From assembly GCA_964570965.1 (NCBI GenBank), contig CAZNAX010000002.1:20095-84094 (forward strand): 64,000 nucleotides of DNA, written 5' to 3'. Both the position numbers and the translations under genes were made by a program. Source of the DNA: an uncultured Desulfatibacillum sp. (GTDB taxonomy: Bacteria; Desulfobacterota; Desulfobacteria; Desulfobacterales; SpSt-501). The notes below the pieces were generated by a model. The model saw only the letters and a list, made by a program, of their open reading frames with translations. It did not search any database and was not told the DNA's origin. Positions 1 to 9,024 of the stretch are shown piece by piece (within the stretch, counting starts at the first letter, position 1; every line of letters begins with the position of its first letter).

Positions 1-2326
1 TCAGCGTGGAGCCATGCCAGCCGATCTCGCCCGAGGTCAAGGTCAACGGAAGGCCCAACGGGACTGACGCGATGACGGAGGTCTTCACTGCGGCCTCAAA
101 TAGGTCGACCCTCGCACCTTCCGGGAGGAGGTTCGCTTGGAACTGTAGATCCCGCATCCGGATGGTGCCCTCCAATGGCTGAAGCGCCGCTGCATAGGCG
201 GCGATCCTCGGGAAATAGGGTATGAGCCGGAGGATATCCTCAAGTAGAGCGTCCATTTCGAGGGCTCGCAGTTGAATGCGGGGCGGCCCCGTCCAATCCG
301 CTTGGACCTCAAGCCCATTTATTTCGGAGCGGCTGATGGAGCCTTTCGCGCCCTGGTAGCGGATCGTCCGTTCGCGCCAGTCAAAGTTGCCTAAAGGCAG
401 GCTGAGAAGGCCGGGCAGAACCTCCGAGTCGACGGCCAGATCCTGGAGGGTTCCGCCGGACATCAGCTTCCATGTGGCCGGGTCAAAGGCCTGACCGCTC
501 AGGCGCCAATTGTCAAATGTAGCGATCCCCTCCAATCGATGCAAATGGTTGAAGGGGGGCAGGTCGCGAAACAGGTTGAAGACGTCCGCCAAATCGATGA
601 CGGCCTTGGGTGAGCTGCTCTCCATGAGCAGATCGCCGTTGAGCGCGATCGTCATATCGTGCTTGAACAGCTTGGAGTCGCCAACGGCTACATCCACCCC
701 GCGCAGGGTGATCGCATCGCCATCATAAGAAAACTCGCCCCCTTGAAACCGAAGCAGGTAGGGGATGCCCTGGTGGCGGGCCTTCACGTCTAGTCCGGAT
801 GCCTGCACCCCGACCCTGACGTCCGCGTGGGTGCCGTTGAGCTGCAGGCTTCCCTGGGCCGTGCCGGAAAATTCCTGGAGGCGGGCGACCTCCTTGCGAA
901 ACTTGGAATCGGGGACGACCCGCACCAGGAACGCCGGCAGCGCCGAGAGCTCGGCGCGAGCATCAATGTCAAGCCAAAGAACCGGGTCGGTCGGGGAGAG
1001 GCCCACACGCAGCCTACCGTTTTCGCCGCGGATGCCCTGGTAGTGTGCTTCCAAGCCATCGCCTTCCAGTACGCCTTCCTTGATCAGGACATTCCCGCAA
1101 ACCTCATTCAAGTCGAGGTCGATCCACGGGAGATACACCCTACCATTTTCCAGGCGCCCCTTGATCTGAAGATTTTCCAAGTCGGTCAGGTCGTCCCATG
1201 TGTCCCCGCGCAGGTTCACGTGGATTTGGGGGACTTCTCCGCTGCGCAGGATGTCACAGATGAGCAAGGCTTCCGGTGTTTCAGGCCACATGGACAGGGT
1301 AAAGTCTCGCGCGCCGGTAAGATCGCCGCGGCCCTTGAGGTCGATTTCAATTTTGGGATGAGCCTTCTCGTCGACGACGAAGGCGAGCTCGAGTGCTGCG
1401 CGAGGCGTGCGGGTCGATAGCTCAGATACCGAAGCGGCCAGGCGGGTTTCTGAAAACTCCAGTTGGGCGGCGAACCGTTCGACGCTGAGCTGGCTCACTC
1501 GGTGGCTGTAGCCGAAAGCGAGCGCGGGCGCTTTTCCCCCAATCGTGGCGGTCGCCCGGCCGGGGCCTTCCAGGGCCACCGTCATCTCCAGGTCAACGTG
1601 CCCATCGAGAACTTGAAAGGGTGCATCCGGCAGGAAAAACGCTTGCAGGCGATGCGGCCTGAGATTGACGAACTGAATCGCGCTGGTTCCCCGGAGGGAG
1701 TTCTTCTCCAATAGACCGCCTGAGGAAAAGCTCTCAAATGCTTCGGATTCGCATCGAAGCGACCATTCTATGCGTTCGCCGTCCGGATGAAGCCTAAGGT
1801 TCAGGTTGCGGAATTCAAAACGTCTTCCGTCGGCCGCCTCGAGCTCGACCCGGCCGTCAGCGACCTCAATTACGGATCCGGGGATCTGCTTCAGCCGGTC
1901 GGCCATCCGTGCCATCAGCAGGCGCGGGTCCGGAAAGCCCAGGCCGCCTCCGGTGGAATCGATCCGGGCTATCGGCAGATGGATTTCAGGCGACTGCGCC
2001 TTGACGGAGTCGAGCACCACCCTGCCGGTTAGAAGCGGCAGGAACTTCAGACACAGGTGGATCTCCTCTGCCTGGGCGGAGACTCTGTCGGGTACGTCCA
2101 GGCGCGGATGTTCGACCGTGGCGCAAACCCACGGGAAAAGTCTGAGTTTGACCCGGTCGAAGCCGATTTCCCCGCCCAAGGCAGTGCTGAGATGGTGTTG
2201 AATGGCGGCTCTTGCATCAGGGTGATTGAGCAAAATACCCGGCAGAACCACTATGAACGCCACCAGCAAGAAGAGCAAAATCGCCACCGCCACCAGCGCC
2301 AGCTTAACTCGTGGAGGAAGGGTCAT
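1..2326 (-). CDS. AsmA-family protein, partial (N-terminal ~775 codons; 3' end beyond window edge)
   Basis: Manual reverse translation from the ATG at 2326 gives MTLPPRVKLALVAVAILLFLLVAFIVVLPGILLNHPDARAAIQHHLSTALGGEIGFDRVKLRLFPWVCATVEHPRLDVP... This is an N-terminal membrane anchor followed by an AsmA-like N-domain. The frame is open where spot-checked (61-120). It is missing from the ORF track because no stop codon lies inside the window. Confidence 0.6.
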   Translation of the reverse strand, partial: MTLPPRVKLALVAVAILLFLLVAFIVVLPGILLNHPDARAAIQHHLSTALGGEIGFDRVKLRLFPWVCATVEHPRLDVPDRVSAQAEEIHLCLKFLPLLTGRVVLDSVKAQSPEIHLPIARIDSTGGGLGFPDPRLLMARMADRLKQIPGSVIEVADGRVELEAADGRRFEFRNLNLRLHPDGERIEWSLRCESEAFESFSSGGLLEKNSLRGTSAIQFVNLRPHRLQAFFLPDAPFQVLDGHVDLEMTVALEGPGRATATIGGKAPALAFGYSHRVSQLSVERFAAQLEFSETRLAASVSELSTRTPRAALELAFVVDEKAHPKIEIDLKGRGDLTGARDFTLSMWPETPEALLICDILRSGEVPQIHVNLRGDTWDDLTDLENLQIKGRLENGRVYLPWIDLDLNEVCGNVLIKEGVLEGDGLEAHYQGIRGENGRLRVGLSPTDPVLWLDIDARAELSALPAFLVRVVPDSKFRKEVARLQEFSGTAQGSLQLNGTHADVRVGVQASGLDVKARHQGIPYLLRFQGGEFSYDGDAITLRGVDVAVGDSKLFKHDMTIALNGDLLMESSSPKAVIDLADVFNLFRDLPPFNHLHRLEGIATFDNWRLSGQAFDPATWKLMSGGTLQDLAVDSEVLPGLLSLPLGNFDWRERTIRYQGAKGSISRSEINGLEVQADWTGPPRIQLRALEMDALLEDILRLIPYFPRIAAYAAALQPLEGTIRMRDLQFQANLLPEGARVDLFEAAVKTSVIASVPLGLPLTLTSGEIGWHGSTL

Positions 2327-2688
2327 GCAACGTTATGGCTCCATTGGGACGGACCCGGCGAGCATTATCGATGCCGCCGGGCGGGTGCATCTTACGCACC
2401 TTTTCAAGGGGCAAAAATGGACGCGCCCAGGGGGTGGATACCCAAGGCCGCCGTCGATTCAAGCTTTATGCGGATATCCTCTGGAAGTCAAACTTTGTGG
2501 GTACCCGCCGCCGGCGGTCGCCGCATCAACTCCGGCATGGGACTTCCGACGGTGCAGGCGGGCTATTGTGAAGATGGTTGCGAAACAGACTGAAATCAGG
2601 CTATAAGCCTTTTCAAGCTTTACTAAGCCCTTGGCGTGCTTATCGTTTCGCCAAATTCGGAATGTTCAGCGCAAGAGGAGACGAGTCC

Positions 2689-3204
2689 ATGATGTACAAC
2701 AAGGTCGTGATGGATCACTTCCGCAACCCCCGGAACGTCGGTACCATCGAGGATGCCAACGGTGTCGGTGAAGTCGGCAACCCCCTGTGCGGGGACATGA
2801 TGACCATCTATCTCAAAATCAAGGACGAACGCATCGACGACATTAAGTTCCAGACGTTCGGGTGCGGGTCGGCTATCGCGGTATCCAGCATGCTGACCGA
2901 AATCGCCAAGGGCAAAACCCTGTCTGAGGCCAAAAAAATTACCAACAAGGACGTGGCCGAAGCCCTGGAAGGACTGCCGAAAAACAAGCTGCATTGTTCC
3001 AATTTGGGCGCGGACGCCCTGCAGATGGCCATTAAAGACTACGAAGACCGGAAGGCCGGTATCAAACGACCGGAGCTCAAGCGCAAGGACGAGCACGAAC
3101 ACTCCCACGGAGACAAGTGTTACTGCCCGTACTGCGATGTAGAGATCGATGAAGGCGTGAGCTTTTGCGAGGCCTGCCAGCACGACCTGAAGGAAGAGCA
3201 TTGA
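2689..3204 (+). CDS. iscU: IscU/NifU-type Fe-S scaffold with C-terminal His/Cys-rich zinc-ribbon-like tail
   Basis: ORF 2578..3204. Start moved to the ATG at 2689 (AGGAG at 2676-2680). The motifs GNPLCGDMM, FGCGSAIA and LHCSNLG supply the three Cys plus Asp cluster ligands. The tail reads HEHSHGDKCYCPYCDVEIDEGVSFCEACQHD. Confidence 0.9.
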   Translation: MMYNKVVMDHFRNPRNVGTIEDANGVGEVGNPLCGDMMTIYLKIKDERIDDIKFQTFGCGSAIAVSSMLTEIAKGKTLSEAKKITNKDVAEALEGLPKNKLHCSNLGADALQMAIKDYEDRKAGIKRPELKRKDEHEHSHGDKCYCPYCDVEIDEGVSFCEACQHDLKEEH

Positions 3205-3235
3205 TGCTGCGGTCGGAGGAGGAGAGCGCTACCGT

Positions 3236-4414
3236 ATGAGATACATCAACCTGGATCACATTTCGTCCAATCCGCTGCTGCCCGAAGTCAAACAGGTCAT
3301 GATCGAGGCTGTCCAGCGCGATTACCACAACCCATCCAGCCAGCACCGAGCCGGCGAGGAGGCCGCCGCCGCATTGGAAAAGGCCCGTGAGCAGGTGGCC
3401 CAACTGATCAACGCCGATGCGCCCAAGGAAATCGTATTCACCTCCGGCGGCACGGAGGCCGACAATCACGCCATCAAGGGCGTCGCGCTGGCCAACGCGG
3501 ACAAGGGCAAGCACGTCATCACCACCAACATCGAGCACAATGCCGTTATCCGCAGTCTGCGGCGCCTGAAGTCCGACGGCTTCACGGTCACCAGCCTTTC
3601 GGTGGACGCGCAGGGCCGGGTCCGGCCGCAGGACGTGGCCGAAGCCATCACCGCGGATACCATCCTGATCTCCGTCATGCACAGCAACAATGAGACCGGC
3701 ACGCTCCAACCCGTCGAGGACATCGCCAGAATCGCCCGCGAGAAGAAGATTCTGTTCCACACCGACGCCGCGGACTCGGTCGGCATCATGCCGTTCGACG
3801 TCAAACAGATCGGAGCCGACCTGGTGAGCTTTGCTTCCAACACCTTCTATGGTCCGACCGGTGTCGGGGGGCTTTACATCCGACGCGGAGTCAAGATCTT
3901 TCCGATCTTTGACGGCGGGGTGCAGGAAAACAATAAGCGCGCCGGCACCGAGAATCTGATCGGCATCATCGGAATGGGGCAGGCGGCCGAGATCGCCCTG
4001 CGCGACATCGAACGGCGCCATGCTTATTTGAAAGGGTTGAAGGACCAGTTCCTGCGCGAGTTGCCGAACTTCCTCGACGAGGTGATCATCAACACCCATC
4101 CCGTGCACAGCCTGCCGCATGTGGTTTCAGCCTCGATCCGGTACGTCGAAGGCGAGAGCGTCATGCTCATGCTGGATGACGAGGGAATCGGCGTGTCCAC
4201 GCGCTCGGCCTGCGCAACCGGTTCCCTGCGCGCCTCCCACGTGTTGCTGTCCCTCGGTCTGAGCCACGCCGATGCCCAGGGAACGCTGGTAATCGCCTTC
4301 GGCATCGACAACACCGAGGCCGATGTGGCCCGCTTCCTGAAGTCCCTCCAACATGTCGTGACCACCCTGCGTGAAATCTCGCCCTTATACAAAAAGGCGG
4401 TCGGGAAGGGGTAG
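3236..4414 (+). CDS. Class V aminotransferase, IscS/NifS-like cysteine desulfurase homolog lacking the PLP-binding lysine
   Basis: 392 aa. Motifs FTSGGTEADNHAIKG, HSNNETGTLQPV, FHTDAADSVG and the active-site loop STRSACATG are present. The SGHK motif is replaced by SNT (codons 3836-3844). Confidence 0.85.
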   Translation: MRYINLDHISSNPLLPEVKQVMIEAVQRDYHNPSSQHRAGEEAAAALEKAREQVAQLINADAPKEIVFTSGGTEADNHAIKGVALANADKGKHVITTNIEHNAVIRSLRRLKSDGFTVTSLSVDAQGRVRPQDVAEAITADTILISVMHSNNETGTLQPVEDIARIAREKKILFHTDAADSVGIMPFDVKQIGADLVSFASNTFYGPTGVGGLYIRRGVKIFPIFDGGVQENNKRAGTENLIGIIGMGQAAEIALRDIERRHAYLKGLKDQFLRELPNFLDEVIINTHPVHSLPHVVSASIRYVEGESVMLMLDDEGIGVSTRSACATGSLRASHVLLSLGLSHADAQGTLVIAFGIDNTEADVARFLKSLQHVVTTLREISPLYKKAVGKG

Positions 4415-4475
4415 CCGACTTTTCATGCGCGTTTTCCTGAGCGGGTTGTGCTTTGCGGAGAGCCTAACCCGGAGT

Positions 4476-5453
4476 TTATTGAAGTAGAAAGCAGGCCGTC
4501 GAGTGGCCGGGGGCGGCCTCCTTGAGCGGCGGTTCGGTTTCAGCGCAGGGCTCGAACCTGTGGGGGCAGCGCGGATGAAAACGGCAGCCTCGGGGCGGAT
4601 CGATAGGGTTAGGTACGTCGCCTTTCAGGATGATGCGTTGCCGGCGCACCCGCGGGTCCGCCGTGGGTACGGCGGACATCAGCGCCTGGGTATAAGGATG
4701 GCACGGGTTGGCATAAAGGTCCCTATAGGGGGCCAACTCCACGATTTTGCCCAGATACATTACGGCGATTCGGTCGCATATATACTCAACGACCGCCAGG
4801 TCGTGGGAAATGATGATATAGGAAAGGGCGAGTTCTTGCTGCAGGTCAATGAGCAGGTTGATGATCTGGGCGCGGATGCTCACGTCCAGAGCTGAAACGG
4901 GCTCATCCCCGATGATCAGCTGGGGCGAGAGAGCCAACGCTCGGGCGATGCCGATGCGCTGGCGTTGCCCGCCCGAAAACTGGTGGGGATACCGGTTGGC
5001 CTGCTCAGGGGTCAGACCGACTTTTTCCATCAGGTAGGTGACGCGCTCCTCGCACTGCCGGCGGTTGCCAAGGCCATGGATTCGCATGGGGTCACCCAGG
5101 ATGCGTTTGACGCTCATTCTTGGATTGAGGGAGGAGTAGGGGTCCTGGAAGATGATCTGCATGCGCTTGCGCAGGTCGGTCAGCTGGGTGCTGTTGAGGG
5201 CGGCCATGTCGGCGTTCTCAAAGCTCACCCGCCCGCCGGTCGGCTCAAGCAGGCGCAGGATCGCCAGGCCCGTTGTCGTCTTTCCACAGCCGCTTTCGCC
5301 CACGATACCGAGCGTTTCCCCTTTGGCGACGTGAAGACTGACCCCGTCCACGGCGTGGACATAGCCCGCCGTGCGGGACAGCACGCCCCGCCTGACGGGA
5401 AAATGCACTTTAAGGTTGTCTACCTCGAGCAGGTGGCTCATGGACCCCGTCAC
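4476..5453 (-). CDS. Oligopeptide/dipeptide ABC transporter ATP-binding protein (OppF/DppF type)
   Basis: 325 aa. Walker [10 protein letters not shown], signature FSGGQRQR, Walker B LIIGDEP, and the oligopeptide C-terminal domain ([20 protein letters not shown]). An alternative start at MSHLLEV is possible. Confidence 0.9.
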   Translation of the reverse strand: MTGSMSHLLEVDNLKVHFPVRRGVLSRTAGYVHAVDGVSLHVAKGETLGIVGESGCGKTTTGLAILRLLEPTGGRVSFENADMAALNSTQLTDLRKRMQIIFQDPYSSLNPRMSVKRILGDPMRIHGLGNRRQCEERVTYLMEKVGLTPEQANRYPHQFSGGQRQRIGIARALALSPQLIIGDEPVSALDVSIRAQIINLLIDLQQELALSYIIISHDLAVVEYICDRIAVMYLGKIVELAPYRDLYANPCHPYTQALMSAVPTADPRVRRQRIILKGDVPNPIDPPRGCRFHPRCPHRFEPCAETEPPLKEAAPGHSTACFLLQ

Positions 5454-5752
5454 TGCCTGCGCCAGCAGCGGATGCGCCGCCCACCGGCTAGTTCCCTGAT
5501 TTGCGGCACCTGGTGGCGGCAGATTTTCTCAGCCTCGCGGCACCTGGGATGAAAGGTGCACCCGTCGGGCAACTCGTAAAGACTCGGCACCATGCCGCTG
5601 ATTTCTGTCAGCCGCTCCCGGCCGAGCTTCGCCCGCTGACCAATGCGCGGCACGGAGCGCAGAAGCCCCTGGGTGTATGGGTGCAGCGGCTCTTCGAAAA
5701 GCGCCGCGGTGGAAGCCTCTTCCACCACCCGGCCGGCATACATGACCACCAT
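5450..5752 (-). pseudogene. 3' remnant of an OppD/DppD-type ABC ATPase gene (C-terminal ~100 codons only)
   Basis: VVMYAGRVVEEASTAALFEEPLHPYTQGLLRSVP...CTFHPRC is the region downstream of the H-loop. Walker A, signature and Walker B are all absent. Similarity stops at about 5752, where an unrelated plus-strand remnant begins. Confidence 0.75.
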
Positions 5753-5763
5753 GTGTCCCCGTT

Positions 5764-6772
5764 CCCACCCTGGAGGAGCGCAAGCAGGCGGTGCTCCTGG
5801 CCCAGGCTGACGCGCTGCGGCTGGGAATCACCGGAGTGCACACCTGCGAGAGATTTCAACAGTGGGAGGCCTTCGAAGCGCTCGACCGAGAGGGCGCACT
5901 GAAGGTGCGCGTGTACCACTTGCTGCCGCCCGACGACCTGGACGAGGCCGCCGCGAACGGTGTTCGGCCGGGCCAGGGGAGCGAACGTCTTTGGGCCGGG
6001 CACATGAAACTCTACGCCGATGGCTCCCTGGGGGCGGGAACAGCGCTGCTGCACGAATCTTATACCGACGAACCGGGCAACTCGGGTCTGGCGGTGCTGG
6101 ATCTCCCGCGGTTGCAGGAAAAAATCGAGCTGGCCTATCGTCGCGGCTTCCATGTAGGGATCCATGCGATCGGCGACAAGGCGGTGAGCCACTGCCTCCT
6201 GGCTATCGCCGGTGCGAGGAAAGCCCGCCCCGGCCCCCGGCGCGACCGCATCGAGCATGTGCAGGTTTATCGGCCTCAGGATTTGACCCTGTTCCGGGAA
6301 TTGGGTATCGTGGGATCGGTGCAGCCGCGCTTCGTCTCCACCGATTGGTGCGTGGCCGAGAAGCGCTGGGGTGCGGCGCGGTGTCGGACCGGATATGCGT
6401 GGCGGTCCCTGATGGATGCGGGGTATCCCGCTTTTATTCGGATCCGACGCGCCGGTTGAGCCCATGGACCCTATCCTGGGCCTCCAGGCAGCAGTGACGC
6501 GCCAGACCCCCGAAGGCCACCCGCCGGGAGGGTGGTTTCCAGAGCAGCGCCTCACGCTCGAGGAAAGTCTTCCTGGATTCACTGCCGTTCCGGCCTGGGT
6601 CTCCGGGCGCGAGGACCGGGTCGGGAGAATCCGCGAGGGCCATTGGGCGGACCTTACGGTCTTCGCGCGCAACCTTTTCACCACGCCCGCGGGCGAATGG
6701 CCGTCCGTGCCAGTGGAACTGACCATCGTCAACGGAGAGGTGTTGTTTCAGAATGGGGAAAAATGTTTTTGA
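5764..6772 (+). pseudogene. Amidohydrolase (YtcJ-like metal-dependent hydrolase) remnant, 5'-truncated and frameshifted
   Basis: Similarity begins at TLEERKQAVLLAQADALRLGITGVH with no plausible start codon. It continues through KLYADGSLGAGTALL, HAIGD and DRIEHVQ. The reading frame then switches at the G-run 6420-6423 into ...IPLLFGSDAPVEPMDPILGLQAAVTR...GHWADLTVF. Confidence 0.7.
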
Positions 6773-7481
6773 CCGGGTCGCACGCGACTACGAACGCATT
6801 CACGAGCGCAGCCTGCCGCCGGGGGTCCACAGCGCCGATTTCATCCACCAGCGGGCCGCGCACGTCACCGGGTGGATTGCCGAAAGATACGCCGGCAAAG
6901 AGTGTTGCTATCTGGATTTCGGATGCGGCAACGGCCGTATGCTCAACTTTCTGCTGGCCTCGAGCGCAATTAAGGCGTTGGTGGCAGAGGGCCGTTTGCG
7001 GATCTACGGCTTCGACCCATCGGTGGCGTCCATCAACGAAGCCAAAAGCCTGCTGGCCAATGCCCCCGTCTGCCTGGTGAGCGATTGGAAGGAGCTGCCG
7101 CAGGACGTCCGATTCGATTTCGTGATCAGCTGCCATGTCTTTCATCACATCCCTCCCGCCGAACGGACGGCGACGGCGGAAGCTCTGCGAAACTGGATGA
7201 AACCCGCATCCAGGCTGGTCATCTGGGAGCACAACCCGTTCAATCCCGCCGCCCGCGTGCTCGTCAAGATGTGCCCTTTTGACGAAGACGCACGCCTGTT
7301 GACGCTGAACACGACCCAAACATTGTTTCGGAACAACGCATTCCGCACGATTCAACATGCCTATGTGAACCTATTCCCTCCGCGGTGGCTGCGTTGCGAG
7401 GTGTGGGCTGCAATTGAAAAAAAACTGCATGGACTGCCCGTAGGCGCACAATACTGGGCGATGTTTGAACGCGATGGATAG
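6753..7481 (+). CDS. Class I SAM-dependent methyltransferase
   Basis: 242 aa. Motif I is YLDFGCGNGRM and a post-motif acidic residue follows at YGFDPS. Fold-level call only. Confidence 0.7.
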   Translation: MGKNVFDRVARDYERIHERSLPPGVHSADFIHQRAAHVTGWIAERYAGKECCYLDFGCGNGRMLNFLLASSAIKALVAEGRLRIYGFDPSVASINEAKSLLANAPVCLVSDWKELPQDVRFDFVISCHVFHHIPPAERTATAEALRNWMKPASRLVIWEHNPFNPAARVLVKMCPFDEDARLLTLNTTQTLFRNNAFRTIQHAYVNLFPPRWLRCEVWAAIEKKLHGLPVGAQYWAMFERDG

Positions 7482-8121
7482 CGTGCGGACGGCATGGACC
7501 GCTTATAAGGGCGAGGGGCTGGCCACGCGGCTGCACGTGGTGGTGCGCGCCCTGACCTGTCCGTTCAAACCGCTGGTGGACCGGTTTCCGACGACCGGGG
7601 CTTTGCTGGACGTGGGCTGCGGCCACGGACTGCTCATCAACCTGCTGTCGCGGGACCCGGCCCACCGAGCCTTGAAAATCCACGGGATCGACCATGATTC
7701 GGCCAAGATCGCAGCCGCGCGTCGGACCGCCTCTCCAGGCGCAGAGTTCTCAACCGGAAGCCTGAGCCTTTTTCCGGAGTCGGGTTTCGATGCGGTTTCG
7801 ATCGTAGATGTGCTCTACACGGTCCGCGAAGCCGCGTGGGGCGGGATCTTGCAGGGCTGCTTGCGGGTCCTGAAACCGGGCGGAAGGCTGATCGTCAAGG
7901 AAGTCGTCGATCGACCCCGCTGGAAGTACTGGGCGATTATGGCCCAGGAGGGGCTTTCGGTCCGCGTGTTCGGGATCACCCAGGGCGACCGCCCGCACTT
8001 CGAGTCGCCTGCAACCTATCGGCGGGCAATCGTCGCGGCCGGCTTCGCCGTGGTCGAAGAGCGGTCACTGCCATCTGCTGCCTGGATCAGCCACTATCTC
8101 TTCGTGGGGCAAAAAATTTGA
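7465..8121 (+). CDS. Class I SAM-dependent methyltransferase
   Basis: 218 aa. Motifs LLDVGCGHGLL, HGIDHD and LKPGGRLIV. It overlaps the upstream methyltransferase gene by 17 nt. Confidence 0.7.
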   Translation: MNAMDSVRTAWTAYKGEGLATRLHVVVRALTCPFKPLVDRFPTTGALLDVGCGHGLLINLLSRDPAHRALKIHGIDHDSAKIAAARRTASPGAEFSTGSLSLFPESGFDAVSIVDVLYTVREAAWGGILQGCLRVLKPGGRLIVKEVVDRPRWKYWAIMAQEGLSVRVFGITQGDRPHFESPATYRRAIVAAGFAVVEERSLPSAAWISHYLFVGQKI

Positions 8122-9024
8122 CTACGCCAAATCTTTAAAGCTGCACAAGTGAATTCCGCGAGAGACGACCTCGGACCGAATCAGGCCGTGGGTGAGGGCC
8201 TGGAGCTCCTGCTCATGATGGTAGTTCCAGCGTTTCACATCCGGTTCATCCGGTGTGAATCCCGGATGGCACATCAGCTCATAGGTTCGATCCGGCTGAA
8301 GCGCCTGGAGTATCCGATGCAGGCGGGCATGATTCAGCCGACCTCCCTCTGTAAACCCTAAAAAGCGCAGCCGCGGGGATCTCGCAGCGGCGGACCCTGA
8401 AAAGCGGACCATCGTCCAACACGCCCGTAGGGCCATGGCCCCGGCCAGGCGCGAAAATCCGTGAAATCGAAGGGGCCGGTCCATGTGCAGATCCTCGACC
8501 GGCACGCGCACGAACGGAATGCCGTAGCGAGCTGAGAGCTGAAAGGTCAGCTCGGCAATTCCGGGAACGGCATGCACGTGTTGGTGGCTGTCCAGATGCG
8601 TCACCCGAAGCCCATGATCCAGAACGCGTTCGATTTGAGCGGAAAGCTCCGCCCGAATATCCGCCATCCGTATGCTTCCGGCCAAGTAGCGCCGCAGAAA
8701 GACGCCGATGCCCAAGGGAAAGCGTCCGTCGTCGCCGATCAGGGAAGACGCTTTGCGCAGCAGGGGTTTTTCGGCCACCAGGGTCAGATGAATGCCCACA
8801 TCCAGGGAAGGGATCCGGCGGCACCAGTCTGCGGCATGCTCGAAGGCGCGGCCCACCGCCATCAAGGAGGTCGCCGTCACGATACCGGTACGGTGAGCCA
8901 GGATGATTCCGTCGTTGACGCGCTCGGATATCCCGAAATCGTCGGCATTGACAATCAGCCGGGTGGCGGGGCCATGCCCGGGGCCGACCACGGTGCCAGC
9001 GGGGTTAGCGTCGGATGGCGTCAT
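8122..9024 (-). CDS. YdjC/ChbG/HpnK-family carbohydrate deacetylase
   Basis: Motifs LIVNADDFGIS and HLDSHQHVH. Start moved to the ATG at 9024 (MTPSD...), which overlaps the upstream GT2 stop by 20 nt. The longer form 8122..9120 would overlap the GT2 coding sequence. Confidence 0.8.
   Translation of the reverse strand: MTPSDANPAGTVVGPGHGPATRLIVNADDFGISERVNDGIILAHRTGIVTATSLMAVGRAFEHAADWCRRIPSLDVGIHLTLVAEKPLLRKASSLIGDDGRFPLGIGVFLRRYLAGSIRMADIRAELSAQIERVLDHGLRVTHLDSHQHVHAVPGIAELTFQLSARYGIPFVRVPVEDLHMDRPLRFHGFSRLAGAMALRACWTMVRFSGSAAARSPRLRFLGFTEGGRLNHARLHRILQALQPDRTYELMCHPGFTPDEPDVKRWNYHHEQELQALTHGLIRSEVVSRGIHLCSFKDLA

Noticed and set aside
510-2606. Many 60-200-aa plus-strand ORFs in the track (for example 827..1420, 2057..2593, 2226..2606)
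   Set aside because: They are Arg/Gly/Pro/Ala-rich shadows of the long minus-strand AsmA-family ORF, which carries a convincing N-terminal anchor and domain. None has an RBS or a family motif.
3077-4120. 347-aa minus-strand ORF antisense to the IscS-like gene
   Set aside because: This is a typical high-GC antisense ORF with low-complexity Gly/Asp/Val/Arg-rich composition. The opposite strand has an unambiguous family match over the same bases.
5608-6732. 374-aa minus-strand ORF across the amidohydrolase remnant
   Set aside because: No recognisable motifs and a Pro/Arg/Gly-rich composition. It is explained as the antisense shadow of the plus-strand amidohydrolase sequence.
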